Positions 32,187 to 42,119 of a stretch of DNA of 64,000 bases are shown in pieces (position 1 is the stretch's first letter; every line of letters starts with the position of its first letter). Below the pieces are notes generated by a model. That model saw nothing but the letters and a program-made list of their open reading frames with translations, was not told the DNA's origin and did no database searches. This DNA is from a virus, in IMG/VR virus record IMGVR_UViG_3300044816_000011, positions 4,154 to 68,153 of that record; one strand, 5' to 3'. Position numbers and translations under genes: made by a program.

Positions 32187-34338
32187 TCCATCAAAGGTTC
32201 AGTGGGACGACGCGCCGGCTTCCGGTGGGATAGATGCATCTAAAGTACAGTGGGATGCACCTGAGGCGTCTACTACACCGGGTGGTGCAGTTCAAGCGCT
32301 CGGCAGCGGCCTGACATCTGGCATCGCCGATGTGGCTGGTTTACCGGTAGACACTGCACGCAAGGTTGTCGAGTTGGGAAAGGCGGGGGCTGGCGTCGCC
32401 TACCATGAAACTACAGGGAAACAGATCCCGCACGCCTTGGAGCCTGGTGCGGATCAACCGGATGTTGGTAGTACCGACTGGATCAAGGGCCATTTACGCA
32501 CATGGCTTGGATCAGATGCATTAGATACAAAGCAAAATACCCCTACCAATCGCGTAATCCATTCTGCTGGAGAGGGCATTCCGAGTGCCGTACTTACGCC
32601 GGAGGTCGCTGGTGCTGCGGCACTATCTGGCGCAGCTGGAGGCGCAGGAAGCCAAATTGTGAAAGAACAGGGCGGCAGTCCGCTGGCTCAGTCGCTTGCT
32701 GGGCTTGCGGCCGGTAGCGCGCCTGCCTTGGGCGCCGGGGCTGCTGCGGCATCTCGCGGTATCGTGCGCGGTGGAGCAGAGGGCCAAACTGCCATGCAGC
32801 AGCGGATTGACGATGCCGCCAAGGCCGGGACATCACTCACGGCAGGGCAGGCCGGCGGATCACCAACCGTTCAGTATGCGGAAGGAACCATGTCAAAGTT
32901 GTGGGGTGGCGCGCCCATCAAGAAACTCGGCGAACAGCAAACTCATGATATGGGCGGCAGAATAGGCCAGATTATTGGCAATCTATCAAAGGGTGAGTCG
33001 GTTTCCCCGATGGTTGCGGGCGAGTCGATCACGAAGGGTATCGGCGATGCACGCACGCCAGGAACGGCTCTAGGGGACATGCACTCAGCCGAAGGGGCAG
33101 CATATGGCAAATTGGATGACTTGATTCATCCGGATACGTCGATGAGTGCATCTAAGACTATGGCGACACTCAATGACGTTGGAACGCAAAGCGGAGTCGT
33201 TCCAGTCCCATCGCAGATCCGTGGAATCCGCAAGAATCTCATCAAGAAAGTCGATCAGAATTCAGAGCCGACTGGATTCGAGGGAGTCGGTAACCCGCCA
33301 GAGCCAACGCCAACGCTATCGTATGGGGATCTCCGAGGACTTAAAACCGAACTAGGCAATTCCATTGATTGGGGCTTTGCGCCGTCCGACAAGGTCGCCA
33401 ACGGGAAACTCATCAAACTGTGGGGATCGGTTAAGGATGATATCGATTCTGGCGCTATGAATCATAGTCCTGAGGCGGCAGAAGCGCAGACACAAGCGAA
33501 TGCGCTATATCAGAGAAACCAGGCGACGAGGGATGATCTTAAGCCGTTCATCGACAAAGCGGGCGGCCCGGAAGCGCTATATCAGGCCGCGACAAATGGC
33601 ACGAAACTTGGCGCTACCAAGATCAATACTGTCATGGGCGCGATCAATCCAGATCAGCAGAATATCGTGCGAGCGACCGTGCTGGATAGATTGGGAAAGC
33701 CAGCGGGTGCGCAGGACGCAGCCTATAGCCCGTCTACGTTCTTGACTCAGTGGAATCGACTGGCGCCAGAATCTAAGGATGCGCTATTTGGTCATAGCGG
33801 CACTACTGGATCGTTACGTGATAATCTGGATTCACTGGCCAAGACGTCGAGCAATATCAATGCTGGGACCAAACTACGCAATCCGTCAGGTACTGGCGAG
33901 GCCATCGGACATGTTGCCGGAATAGAGGCAGCTTTTGAGGGAATAAAAAATGCACTTTCTGGAAATCTTCATACACTTGCTGGCACTGTGGCTGGCGTTG
34001 GGCTCAATAACGCACTTTCGCGAGCGCTAACTAATCCGAAAACGGTAGCATGGCTCGCGAAAACCACAAAAGCACCAATTTCAGCGCTGCCTAATGCTAT
34101 TCATCAACTTTCGCAGATGGACGATCCTGACGCGCAAGCGTTGGCTGCGGCGATACAACCTCCGGTCTCTCGAGCCAGCGGTGGGCGTATCGGTAAATCA
34201 ATAGATGAGTTAGTCGGGCGGCTTGTGAGTAAGTGGAAGGATGCTAAGAAGGCTACCGATAAAACGACCGAACCACTATTGAAAGTGCCTGATAATGCGA
34301 TCATGAAAGCTCTGAATATCGCGCAGGAGCATATCTGA
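32176..34338 (+). CDS. second ejection/internal virion protein
   Basis: Overlaps the upstream stop; N-terminal IDxSKVQWD duplicated; G/A-rich membrane-like segment; helical body. Confidence 0.65.
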   Translation: MPIDPSKVQWDDAPASGGIDASKVQWDAPEASTTPGGAVQALGSGLTSGIADVAGLPVDTARKVVELGKAGAGVAYHETTGKQIPHALEPGADQPDVGSTDWIKGHLRTWLGSDALDTKQNTPTNRVIHSAGEGIPSAVLTPEVAGAAALSGAAGGAGSQIVKEQGGSPLAQSLAGLAAGSAPALGAGAAAASRGIVRGGAEGQTAMQQRIDDAAKAGTSLTAGQAGGSPTVQYAEGTMSKLWGGAPIKKLGEQQTHDMGGRIGQIIGNLSKGESVSPMVAGESITKGIGDARTPGTALGDMHSAEGAAYGKLDDLIHPDTSMSASKTMATLNDVGTQSGVVPVPSQIRGIRKNLIKKVDQNSEPTGFEGVGNPPEPTPTLSYGDLRGLKTELGNSIDWGFAPSDKVANGKLIKLWGSVKDDIDSGAMNHSPEAAEAQTQANALYQRNQATRDDLKPFIDKAGGPEALYQAATNGTKLGATKINTVMGAINPDQQNIVRATVLDRLGKPAGAQDAAYSPSTFLTQWNRLAPESKDALFGHSGTTGSLRDNLDSLAKTSSNINAGTKLRNPSGTGEAIGHVAGIEAAFEGIKNALSGNLHTLAGTVAGVGLNNALSRALTNPKTVAWLAKTTKAPISALPNAIHQLSQMDDPDAQALAAAIQPPVSRASGGRIGKSIDELVGRLVSKWKDAKKATDKTTEPLLKVPDNAIMKALNIAQEHI

Positions 34339-34559
34339 TGTTATGGCAAAAAGTGTTTTTTTGGTTTGTTATCGTCCCCATTTTGGCTCTTATTGTCATC
34401 AATGTGGCGATTCGATTTCTGGTTGTACTGATTATTCCAATTGCTCTGATATGTGAGCCAATTGAGCGTTACTTTCAATCCCACAATTTTCTAGTAATGG
34501 CTGGCCGTTGGACCGGACGGACGTTGTATAGATATCGCAATCGACACTGGATTACCTGA
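34338..34559 (+). CDS. small membrane protein (superinfection-exclusion candidate)
   Basis: TGATG coupling; long hydrophobic stretch; AT-rich; directly follows the ejection genes. Confidence 0.5.
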   Translation: MLWQKVFFWFVIVPILALIVINVAIRFLVVLIIPIALICEPIERYFQSHNFLVMAGRWTGRTLYRYRNRHWIT

Positions 34560-34560
34560 T

Positions 34561-35382
34561 ATGGCGGGAATAAGACACAAGATGGGTATCTGCGCAGTTG
34601 AAGGCTGCGGGACACACAAAATAGTGGCACGTGGACTATGCGATAAACACTATCAATTGTTTAAGCGTAAAGGAACACTAAAGGATTTCGCTAGAAAAAT
34701 AGCATTGGTTGGTATTGAGTCTTTTTCTCCTGATAACACTAAGTCATGTGGTAAATGCAAGCGAGAACTACACCGGGATCATTTCGGACTCAATCCATCA
34801 AAAACATATCCCCTTCGACGCAAGTCTGTTTGCAAGGAATGCTCAAAGGCGCAATCGGTATCCCTTAGAGTCAAACGTAAAACCAATGGGATCTGCGTGT
34901 ACTGTGAAAGCCCAGTAACATATGGTTCCAATAAATGCCATTTTCACATACGTGAAAGAGCCCGTTGGCGATCCACACCGAAGGCTCGTATTACCGAACT
35001 GTTGACAAGTACAAGGCTGAGAGCAGAAGACAAGGGACTTGTTTTTAATTTGGATGCTGAATGGATCAGATCAAGGCTTGAAGGAGTATGTGAACTTACA
35101 GGATTGCCTTTCGATTTGGAGCCGGGTAACAGAATAGGTCGTTTCAATCCATATGCACCATCAATTGATCGCAGGATAGCAGGAGGTAACTACACTCCTG
35201 AAAATTGCCGAATGATAGTAATGGCTCTCAATGTCGGTATGAACTATTGGGGGGAACAAATATATAAGCACGTCGCTAAGGCTTATCTTAAAAAGAGCCG
35301 TGAGAACAGTTCTAAGCACAATCCTCAAACACACAATTTGTTTTTAGAAAATCCGCAGTCTGTTCGAATGAGGAAGCATTGA
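34561..35382 (+). CDS. Cys-rich HNH-like homing endonuclease
   Basis: C.VEGC..RGLC.KHY, several CxxC, CELTGLPF...PSIDR...NY...NC motif; AT-rich. Confidence 0.7.
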   Translation: MAGIRHKMGICAVEGCGTHKIVARGLCDKHYQLFKRKGTLKDFARKIALVGIESFSPDNTKSCGKCKRELHRDHFGLNPSKTYPLRRKSVCKECSKAQSVSLRVKRKTNGICVYCESPVTYGSNKCHFHIRERARWRSTPKARITELLTSTRLRAEDKGLVFNLDAEWIRSRLEGVCELTGLPFDLEPGNRIGRFNPYAPSIDRRIAGGNYTPENCRMIVMALNVGMNYWGEQIYKHVAKAYLKKSRENSSKHNPQTHNLFLENPQSVRMRKH

Positions 35383-35383
35383 C

Positions 35384-36253
35384 ATGGCTAGTACATTTAC
35401 CCCCAATAAGTCTTTGGAGATGATGGCACCTGGTAGCCACAATAATACGTGGGGGACTCCGCTCGATGCAGTCATAGACAACATCGATAACGCCCTAGGC
35501 GGCTCGACGACAATCACTGTCACCGGAGTCGCCGCTGGCGTCTACACACTATCCCTAATTCAGTATCAGCCGCCCAATATCATTTTCAGCGGCGCGTTAT
35601 CCGCCAGCCTGGTCTACGCGCTCCCCGTAGGCGTCGGCTGGATCGGGACCATATTTAACAATACGAGCGGCGCGTTTTCTCTGATATTCGCATCGAACGG
35701 CGGCGGCTCGCTGACGCTAGCTCAGGGGCAGCGATCGATGATCGTCTGCGACGGCGCGAACGTGCAGTTAGCCGATACTCAGGCGAATGCTTCGGGGTCG
35801 GCAGCTGCGGCCGCTGCTCAGGCTGCGGCGCAGGCGTTCGCGACTGCGGCGGACGCGGCAGTACTCACGATGGCCGAGAATTTCGCGACTGCGGCGGATT
35901 CGGTCGTTACGACGAATACCGAGGCTTATGCCGCAGGGCAAGCGGCCGCTGCTCAGGCTGCGGCGCAGGCGTTCGCGACTGCGGCGGACGCGGCAGTACT
36001 CACGATGGCCGAGAATTTCGCGACGACGTCTATTTCCAATACGATCAAGTCGGGAACGTTCACCTGTATCAACGGCGTACAAACCATCGTGTTTTCAACG
36101 CCATTTGTTACACTGTGCTCATCAGTCTCAGTTCAGTGGGAATATGTCGGGCCCAATGTCGGCTGGGTCGTTCCAGGAAGCCGGACCATCAATGGGTTTC
36201 AGTATCAAAACAGCAATAGCGGCACGTGCTCGTATGTCGCGATAGGACGTTAA
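35384..36253 (+). CDS. tail fibre/fibre-attachment protein
   Basis: MASTFTPN..LE...G....TWG N-anchor; CDGANV; C-terminal F.TPF...C..V fibre tip; Ala-rich repeat. Confidence 0.65.
   Translation: MASTFTPNKSLEMMAPGSHNNTWGTPLDAVIDNIDNALGGSTTITVTGVAAGVYTLSLIQYQPPNIIFSGALSASLVYALPVGVGWIGTIFNNTSGAFSLIFASNGGGSLTLAQGQRSMIVCDGANVQLADTQANASGSAAAAAAQAAAQAFATAADAAVLTMAENFATAADSVVTTNTEAYAAGQAAAAQAAAQAFATAADAAVLTMAENFATTSISNTIKSGTFTCINGVQTIVFSTPFVTLCSSVSVQWEYVGPNVGWVVPGSRTINGFQYQNSNSGTCSYVAIGR
35807..36024 (+). repeat. exact 83-nt direct repeat (35807-35889 and 35942-36024)
   Basis: Identical copies, period 135 nt, both encoding AAAQAAAQAFATAADAAVLTMAENFAT. Confidence 0.9.
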
Positions 36254-36256
36254 TTT

Positions 36257-37828
36257 ATGACCACAGTTACCGGCTCAGTCACCTTTACCGCGCCAGCCAG
36301 CCCGATGGGCCCAACCGGGCCTACCGGATCAGTCGGCGTCGCAGGCCCCGCAGGATCCTCGCCAACGGCCGCCGCAGTCGCGGCAATCCTTGCCGGCACG
36401 CCGTCCTTCGTCGCCGCTGTAGCGGCTGCTCTGGGAACAGCGATAGCCCCTGTGGCCTCGCCTAGCGGAACGGTTGTTAAAGCCGGATCGACTGCGGCGA
36501 TTGTCGATGGCTCCGGCAATAAGTGGACGATCACCGCGTCTGGCATGGTAGCGGTCAATACCGTCGCCGATACGAGCACGAGTGGCGTAGTCCAGATCGC
36601 GTATGTGACGGGTACCGTGTGGCAGCAAAACAACGCTGATCTCTGGTGGGGTAAGACCTCACCCACAGCGGCCTGGTCGCCATCGGCTGGAACTGCGACG
36701 AGTCCGATTTCGCCTCCGGTTGTGACGCCGCCCGTCGTGATTCCTCCGGTAGTTACTCCGCCTGCGACAACCGGCGCGACGCTGATTAATCAGGGTGGGC
36801 CGAACAATGCGAGTCAGAACGGGGCAAGCTTAAGCAATTCGCAGACAATCGTCTGGGCGGCAATGTCCGGCGCAGATAGCTATCAGATTTATCGCAACGG
36901 GACGGCCTATGCGACCACGAAGGCACTGACCTATACGGATAGCGCGGCGACGAATTCCAATGATGTGATGCCGAATGACTTCTCAGGCACGCATTTCAAC
37001 GCGCCGCGCACAGTCTATACGTACACTGTTGCTCCGATTACCGCAGGCGTCATTGGCGCGCAGGTCGCCTGCAATTATTGGGAGTATGCGAACGGCGTCG
37101 ATTCGTGGGGGAAGTCAGCGTTCAATCCGAGCACGAGCGTGATGAATTATGCCGATACGACACTTGGCAAGACCGTGATATCGGTTGCCTCGAGCGTTGC
37201 AGATGGCTATGTGCAGCCTTCAGCAGGCGCTCCCGGCACGCCGCTGTGGTCGTTCGAGGCGGGCGCGTTTGGGTATATGGTGATCGATATCTATCCCACG
37301 AAAGCGAACCAGCAGTTCAAGGTGAATTTGATCTCCCGCGTGACCCCTGGGGACTTCTACAACAATGCAGCCGTGTTGCTGGGTACGCCAACGCCACAAG
37401 GATCGTTCCTCGCGGATGCTACATGGGGGCCCAGTCCGATGGTGGCGAATAAATGGAACCACTATAAGATCCCATTCAGCGCGCTCGCCATGGGCTTCGT
37501 GACGTTCAAGGGATACATCGCGGGCAAGTTGTTGACAGTCACCTCGGTCAGTGGATCAACGCCGATCAATCCCACGTTCTGGGTCAGTGCGCCGGGCATG
37601 ACGACCGACTACATCGTGGGGCCTGGGCCGAGTGACGGCGGATCATCAGCGACCGGTAAGGGCGGCATCGGAACCTACGACATGAATGTGTCTCAGACCG
37701 TGGGCAGCGCCGCGGCGCCAGTCACATTTACTGCGCAACGGACGAATATTTATAAGTGGTCGATCCAGGATAACAACCAGCAGGGTGCCAACCTGTGGTA
37801 TATGGACAATATTGGGTTTACGGTTTAG
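36257..37828 (+). CDS. FN3-like/carbohydrate-binding virion protein (paralogue of 5544..6821)
   Basis: Short collagen, PPVV linker, then NQGG..NSQTIVW, IYRNG, SFE.GAF, YKWS, LWYMDNI shared with 5544..6821. Confidence 0.65.
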   Translation: MTTVTGSVTFTAPASPMGPTGPTGSVGVAGPAGSSPTAAAVAAILAGTPSFVAAVAAALGTAIAPVASPSGTVVKAGSTAAIVDGSGNKWTITASGMVAVNTVADTSTSGVVQIAYVTGTVWQQNNADLWWGKTSPTAAWSPSAGTATSPISPPVVTPPVVIPPVVTPPATTGATLINQGGPNNASQNGASLSNSQTIVWAAMSGADSYQIYRNGTAYATTKALTYTDSAATNSNDVMPNDFSGTHFNAPRTVYTYTVAPITAGVIGAQVACNYWEYANGVDSWGKSAFNPSTSVMNYADTTLGKTVISVASSVADGYVQPSAGAPGTPLWSFEAGAFGYMVIDIYPTKANQQFKVNLISRVTPGDFYNNAAVLLGTPTPQGSFLADATWGPSPMVANKWNHYKIPFSALAMGFVTFKGYIAGKLLTVTSVSGSTPINPTFWVSAPGMTTDYIVGPGPSDGGSSATGKGGIGTYDMNVSQTVGSAAAPVTFTAQRTNIYKWSIQDNNQQGANLWYMDNIGFTV

Positions 37829-37998
37829 GGTCGGTTGCGGCATCAGATTGTGATGACACGGGGCCATGTCCTCGGCGGTTGGCCGCTGCGCCTGCCGCAA
37901 CAACGCCAACTCCTTCTCAACCACTATGATCCTTTTGCGCATTTGCTTAATCACGTCGATTAGAAAGCATTCGTGGCAGGTGCAGTGATCCTGGTGCG

Positions 37999-38193
37999 TC
38001 ATGACTTCACCTCTCCGCTGGTAGTACGTCGCCGGGCGCAACGTGCGCCAGCCACATGAGCTTCGATCAGATACGGGTACCAGGACGGATAGCTACGATT
38101 GCCGCGCTTGAACTCAGGAAATTCCCGCTCGAAGTAGGCTCGCGCCGAAGTGTAGTCCAGGCCCATGATGGTTTTATCGAGAGCCTTTGGCAT
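37999..38193 (-). CDS. hypothetical early protein
   Basis: GAGGT RBS; ATGA-coupled chain on the minus strand. Confidence 0.45.
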   Translation of the reverse strand: MPKALDKTIMGLDYTSARAYFEREFPEFKRGNRSYPSWYPYLIEAHVAGARCARRRTTSGEVKS

Positions 38194-38321
38194 CTACCTC
38201 TCCATCGGCAGGTGGCGCTTCCCATATTCGATATTCCTCACGAGGCGGCGCAGCGGGAATCGTCCAGCCGCTCGCCTTCCGAATGTGGTAGTACCCTGAG
38301 TTTTGATACTCTTCGCCTGGA

Positions 38322-38579
38322 TCACCGCCCGCCATGCTTCTCTCCTGTGTCGGCAACAGCGCTGATTTGCATTTCAATGTCGAACCCATCGCAGTGCTGC
38401 TCAAGTTGAACGCTTCCGTCAGCGCACGGAACTACGGTCCACAGCCCCGGCAGTTTCCAAAACAACTCTTTTGCCTTTGCCACCGCGCGCGGATCGGGGA
38501 CGACGGCCCCGTAGCTGTCCCAATTGGGTTTTAGGTTCGCCAAAACGTCGAATCTATCCATGCTCATCTCGTGTTTCAT
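38322..38579 (-). CDS. hypothetical protein (L..NWDSYGA...P..DG.VQLE family)
   Basis: Motif commonly seen in small phage proteins; function unknown. Confidence 0.55.
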   Translation of the reverse strand: MKHEMSMDRFDVLANLKPNWDSYGAVVPDPRAVAKAKELFWKLPGLWTVVPCADGSVQLEQHCDGFDIEMQISAVADTGEKHGGR

Positions 38580-39024
38580 TCGCGAAGCCTATGACCCGAT
38601 CTACAATTTGATCGAGCACCCGGTTCGCCATCGTTTCGACCCAAATCCCCCAGCCGTGCTCGCTCTCCGGGTCGTCTTTCGGGCGATCCATGTGATCCTC
38701 GAAATACGTGCATAGGGCAATCGCGAGGTTAGGTTCATCTGACGTTTCCAGTGGACAGCCAGCCTCGTGCTTGCCAACGCCCTCACAACAGATGAAGGCT
38801 TTCGGATTCCCGCCCGCGCCGGTAGGCACGGAGTCGGGCGTAAACACCAACGCGGCGGCACGTTCCCACATGCGCCGGTCAGCGCCAGCCGTGTCCGGTT
38901 CCCATCGGCTGACCATCTCCCGTAGCGCGCCCTCCAGTTCGCGGATGCGTGCGCGGTAGATTTGCAACTGGGTCGGGTAGTTCGCCCCGTTCAATTCCGC
39001 ATCGAGGGGGTCTTGAGTATTCAT
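38554..39024 (-). CDS. hypothetical early protein
   Basis: ORF track; coiled-coil [10 protein letters not shown]. Confidence 0.5.
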   Translation of the reverse strand: MNTQDPLDAELNGANYPTQLQIYRARIRELEGALREMVSRWEPDTAGADRRMWERAAALVFTPDSVPTGAGGNPKAFICCEGVGKHEAGCPLETSDEPNLAIALCTYFEDHMDRPKDDPESEHGWGIWVETMANRVLDQIVDRVIGFANETRDEHG

Positions 39025-39057
39025 GCGGCTGGCAGATTCTGATATTGAGTCGCCATG

Positions 39058-39306
39058 TCAGGGAATCCGGTGCTCGCCGTTGCGAATGCTCTCGCACAGG
39101 CGCTCGATGGCCTCGGTGACGTCCATCGCCTCGCGGAACAGCCAGTCGATATTGGTCTCCTGCATCTCCCGCGGCAGTTCGGGATTTACGCTGAACGCGC
39201 CCCACCGCTGAAGCTTGCCGGCTGCGGCCAGGAACTCGCCGCATTCCTCGATCGCGTGCGACAGGCGCTTGGCGAATCCATCCTGCAAATATGTCGGATC
39301 GCTCAT
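39058..39306 (-). CDS. MazG-like all-alpha NTP pyrophosphatase fold protein
   Basis: EECGE...K..R.G...E..DV pattern; GAGG RBS. Confidence 0.55.
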   Translation of the reverse strand: MSDPTYLQDGFAKRLSHAIEECGEFLAAAGKLQRWGAFSVNPELPREMQETNIDWLFREAMDVTEAIERLCESIRNGEHRIP

Positions 39307-39431
39307 GGCTTAACCTCGCCATCGCATTTCATTCCGCATAGGACGCATCGGAATTTGTTGATACCGCGCTTGTCTCGCCCTAACCATTCCAATGTACAAC
39401 CTGGCGTAAGGCTTATGTGATTGCACTTCAT
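39303..39431 (-). CDS. small zinc-finger protein
   Basis: CNH...CVLC; ATGA-coupled at both ends. Confidence 0.45.
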   Translation of the reverse strand: MKCNHISLTPGCTLEWLGRDKRGINKFRCVLCGMKCDGEVKP

Positions 39432-39727
39432 GAACTTTCCGACGTTTCCAAAGTTGCGACCGCCGCTTCCGCTATGTCGTACATCGCTTGAGCGCAATGC
39501 TCTAACTGGTGGTGACAAGCGTAAACCGTGCCTTCGAAGACAATTTTTCGCAGCGCCGCATCCAACTCCACCACCCGTTGCCGCAAGCTCGCCGGCCGCT
39601 GCTGCGAAAGTTCGGTGATGCGCGCGCGGGCCTGGAGCAGTTCGCCAGCAATCTGCCCCGGCTCGCTGTTCAGATAGTCCGGGCAGTCATGGCCTGACAG
39701 CCATCGCAAGCGAGCATCGGTAATCAT
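39428..39727 (-). CDS. hypothetical coiled-coil protein
   Basis: ATGA-coupled; ELLQARARI. Confidence 0.5.
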   Translation of the reverse strand: MITDARLRWLSGHDCPDYLNSEPGQIAGELLQARARITELSQQRPASLRQRVVELDAALRKIVFEGTVYACHHQLEHCAQAMYDIAEAAVATLETSESS

Positions 39728-40062
39728 AGCTTCGTCTCTCTTTGCGCAAATGTCAGCGCAGCGTCGACCAGGTCGACCACCGCAGCATACGCAGGCGTCC
39801 AGATTTCGCGATCCATGCCATCGCCCATATCCCCGTCGCCGATCCAGCGGCGGGCTTCACGCAGCGCCGATTCCAGCACCTTGCTCCGCTCAGCCATTTT
39901 CGGGCACACATCAAAATCAAAGTTGGCGATGGTGCGGTCGCGGGCGGCCAGTTGGGCGGCGAGGTCGCGATAGTCGTCGAAGCGCACGAACCACGCATCC
40001 ATATCAGGGTCTGTGGCTTCAAGCATCGTACCGTAGGCGGTATAGCGCTCAACCATTGTCAT
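39724..40062 (-). CDS. hypothetical early protein
   Basis: AGGTG RBS before ATG at 40062; FVRFDDY..L coiled coil. Confidence 0.5.
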   Translation of the reverse strand: MTMVERYTAYGTMLEATDPDMDAWFVRFDDYRDLAAQLAARDRTIANFDFDVCPKMAERSKVLESALREARRWIGDGDMGDGMDREIWTPAYAAVVDLVDAALTFAQRETKL

Positions 40063-40160
40063 CACCTGGTCTTTGCGCAGGTGTCGAAACCTTGGGATGC
40101 GGGAACGCCCAGTTGTGAGCACCGTCAAACTCCCTGCAATGAGGGCATTGGGACTGTGAG

Positions 40161-40325
40161 CTAGAACGCGATGTCATCGTCCGGCTCCTCATCGCGCAGG
40201 CGTCTGTCCTCGATCATCCGATCGCGGGCGTCGTCCGGATCTTCCTCAAGCCGTGGCTCCTCCGGTTCGTAGTCACGCGGATCGGTGGTCTTCCACTCGT
40301 CATAGCCGGGCAGTGACTCGCTCAT
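40161..40325 (-). CDS. small acidic protein ending DDDIAF
   Basis: ATGA-coupled to the upstream gene; LPGYDEWKTT.P N-terminus. Confidence 0.6.
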   Translation of the reverse strand: MSESLPGYDEWKTTDPRDYEPEEPRLEEDPDDARDRMIEDRRLRDEEPDDDIAF

Positions 40326-40519
40326 GCGAAAACCGGAGGACCGAGCGGGAACACTTCGTCGATGACGTGATGGACGCAATCGGAAATTTCCGCGTAGTCG
40401 CGCTCATCTGGAAATTCGCTTTCCAGGTGCAGTTCTACTTGCTCGTAGCACGCGCCTTCGCCCAGGTGCGCCCATTGACTGGCGAGTGAACGGGCGGATG
40501 CAAGAATGAATTTGTCCAT
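40322..40519 (-). CDS. small acidic hypothetical protein
   Basis: AAGGAG RBS before ATG at 40519. Confidence 0.55.
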   Translation of the reverse strand: MDKFILASARSLASQWAHLGEGACYEQVELHLESEFPDERDYAEISDCVHHVIDEVFPLGPPVFA

Positions 40520-40597
40520 GTCAAATCTCCTTAGTGACACCTGGCTTTGCAGCGGGAATCACGGCCCAGTCGTTGCCGATGTACCATGTGGTGATCA

Positions 40598-41692
40598 TTA
40601 TTTAACTCCGATAACCTGTAAGTGTGCGTTCGATTTCCAGCGAAATCGCCGCATGGGTCCCTCGACCCAATAATACGACATCACAGCTCCTGCAAACGAC
40701 AGCCCCCATGCCATCGCGTCATGCATAAATGGATTCTCAATCAATACATCCGACACGATCAGTGCGAGACAATGATATAGGTACAGGGAATAGCTGATCG
40801 CACCAATGAATACGAGTGGGCGGTATTCGATGGCGGATTTTACAGCGCTCGCCGGTGCGCGCCAGAACAGTGATACAAACAGAGCCGTGAGCGAAAGCCC
40901 TTGAACCGTGTAGATAAATGTTTCCTTGTATTCCTCGCTGCGCGGGAAAAATGATAGCGCCATGATAACTGCGGCTACGGCTGCGCCTCGATAACCTTGC
41001 AATGCACTCAGGAACCGTTCTGCTAGGCTGCCATCCAATCTTTCAGCGCGCCTGAATATAAGCGACAGCGCGCAGCCGTAAACAATAGAATCGAGGCGCG
41101 TATCAGTGCCCATATAGATGCGCTGGGGCGGCAGGTCACATGCATGCACGAGCCACAACCGCCATACCAATTCCAGGCATACGAAGGCACATAGTCCGAT
41201 CAGTAACCGATCTAAATATTTTCGGCACGCTAGGAGCAGCAGGGGGAACAGCAAGTAAAAGTGCTCCTCAACGGCCAATGACCATGTAATCATCAGTGGC
41301 GATCTCACCTCGACCGCCGCATGGTAGGCCGTGAATGGGGTGTAGATCGTGTGATAGTTGGCGTAGTAAAAGAGCGCCGACGATATGTCAGATAACGGCA
41401 TTGGATAGTCCAGCAGATGCATTATCAGGGCCGACAGTGCGACATAGACGACGAGCGCAGGCATGAGGCGAAACCAGCGACGGCGATAGAACGCGCTTAG
41501 ACTCAGCGTGCCAGTGCGGTCGATTTCGGCAAGCAGTAAACGCGTGATGATGAACCCAGAAATAAAGAAAAATATCGTCACGCCAAGTCCCCCTGGGATG
41601 TGGTGCTTATCGAAAATGTGACTGGTTGCGACGATCAGCACAGACATTCCCCGGAGGCCGTCGAGAGCAGGGATGCGTCCTGAGCTACTCAC
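40598..41692 (-). CDS. acyltransferase-3 family O-acetyltransferase (OafA/Oac-like, no SGNH domain)
   Basis: LDGLRG...V..SH, GVTIFFFISGFII, FY.RR..RL.P, WSLAVEEHFY, G.ISYSLYLYH, SYYWVE.P motifs; multi-TM. Confidence 0.92.
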   Translation of the reverse strand: MSSSGRIPALDGLRGMSVLIVATSHIFDKHHIPGGLGVTIFFFISGFIITRLLLAEIDRTGTLSLSAFYRRRWFRLMPALVVYVALSALIMHLLDYPMPLSDISSALFYYANYHTIYTPFTAYHAAVEVRSPLMITWSLAVEEHFYLLFPLLLLACRKYLDRLLIGLCAFVCLELVWRLWLVHACDLPPQRIYMGTDTRLDSIVYGCALSLIFRRAERLDGSLAERFLSALQGYRGAAVAAVIMALSFFPRSEEYKETFIYTVQGLSLTALFVSLFWRAPASAVKSAIEYRPLVFIGAISYSLYLYHCLALIVSDVLIENPFMHDAMAWGLSFAGAVMSYYWVEGPMRRFRWKSNAHLQVIGVK

Positions 41693-41760
41693 TCATCACC
41701 CATATATAGGAAAATACGACAGCGATTCCGCAGAGCGTCAAAATAATCGCCTCGTTTAGA

Positions 41761-41931
41761 TTACGGGACATGATGGCGCTGACTATTCACATAGTCCCAG
41801 TAAGACGTATGAAGCCGAACGCGCTCATGTTTCTTCCAGTAGCCGAAGGCGATCGCGACTAGTACGGCGATCACGATACCGGTGATGAATAAGTACAGGA
41901 TCGCGAAGGTGGTTAGCAGAATATGCATCAT
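41761..41931 (-). CDS. single-TM micro-protein (56 aa)
   Basis: Hand-translated MMHILLTTFAILYLFITGIVIAVLVAIAFGYWKK...; ATGA coupling. Confidence 0.5.
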   Translation of the reverse strand: MMHILLTTFAILYLFITGIVIAVLVAIAFGYWKKHERVRLHTSYWDYVNSQRHHVP

Positions 41932-42119
41932 GGCAGCACCCGGTAGTGACGTCTAGAACGGTGATACTGACTCGTGAAGTACGAGCCGATCGCGACGCCG
42001 ACGAGCCAGATAATCGTCATCGCCGCGCCCACAAAACACATCAGCACGAAGGCGGCCTTGAGCGTCCAGAAGACACTGGTGCAACAAACCCAAGTGTGAG
42101 TAGCGAGGAAATCAGACAT
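41928..42119 (-). CDS. TM micro-protein (63 aa)
   Basis: GGAGG RBS; hydrophobic core. Confidence 0.55.
   Translation of the reverse strand: MSDFLATHTWVCCTSVFWTLKAAFVLMCFVGAAMTIIWLVGVAIGSYFTSQYHRSRRHYRVLP

Noticed and set aside
37646-38041. 131-aa minus-strand ORF overlapping the 3' end of 36257..37828
   Set aside because: A short gene from ATG 38002 is plausible, but the ~180-nt convergent overlap and lack of motifs leave it too weakly supported to call
40065-40160. Possible tRNA-like element (minus-strand AGGT-TTCGAC-ACCT hairpin)
   Set aside because: I could not build an acceptor stem, D arm or anticodon arm; tRNAscan-SE or Infernal would settle it
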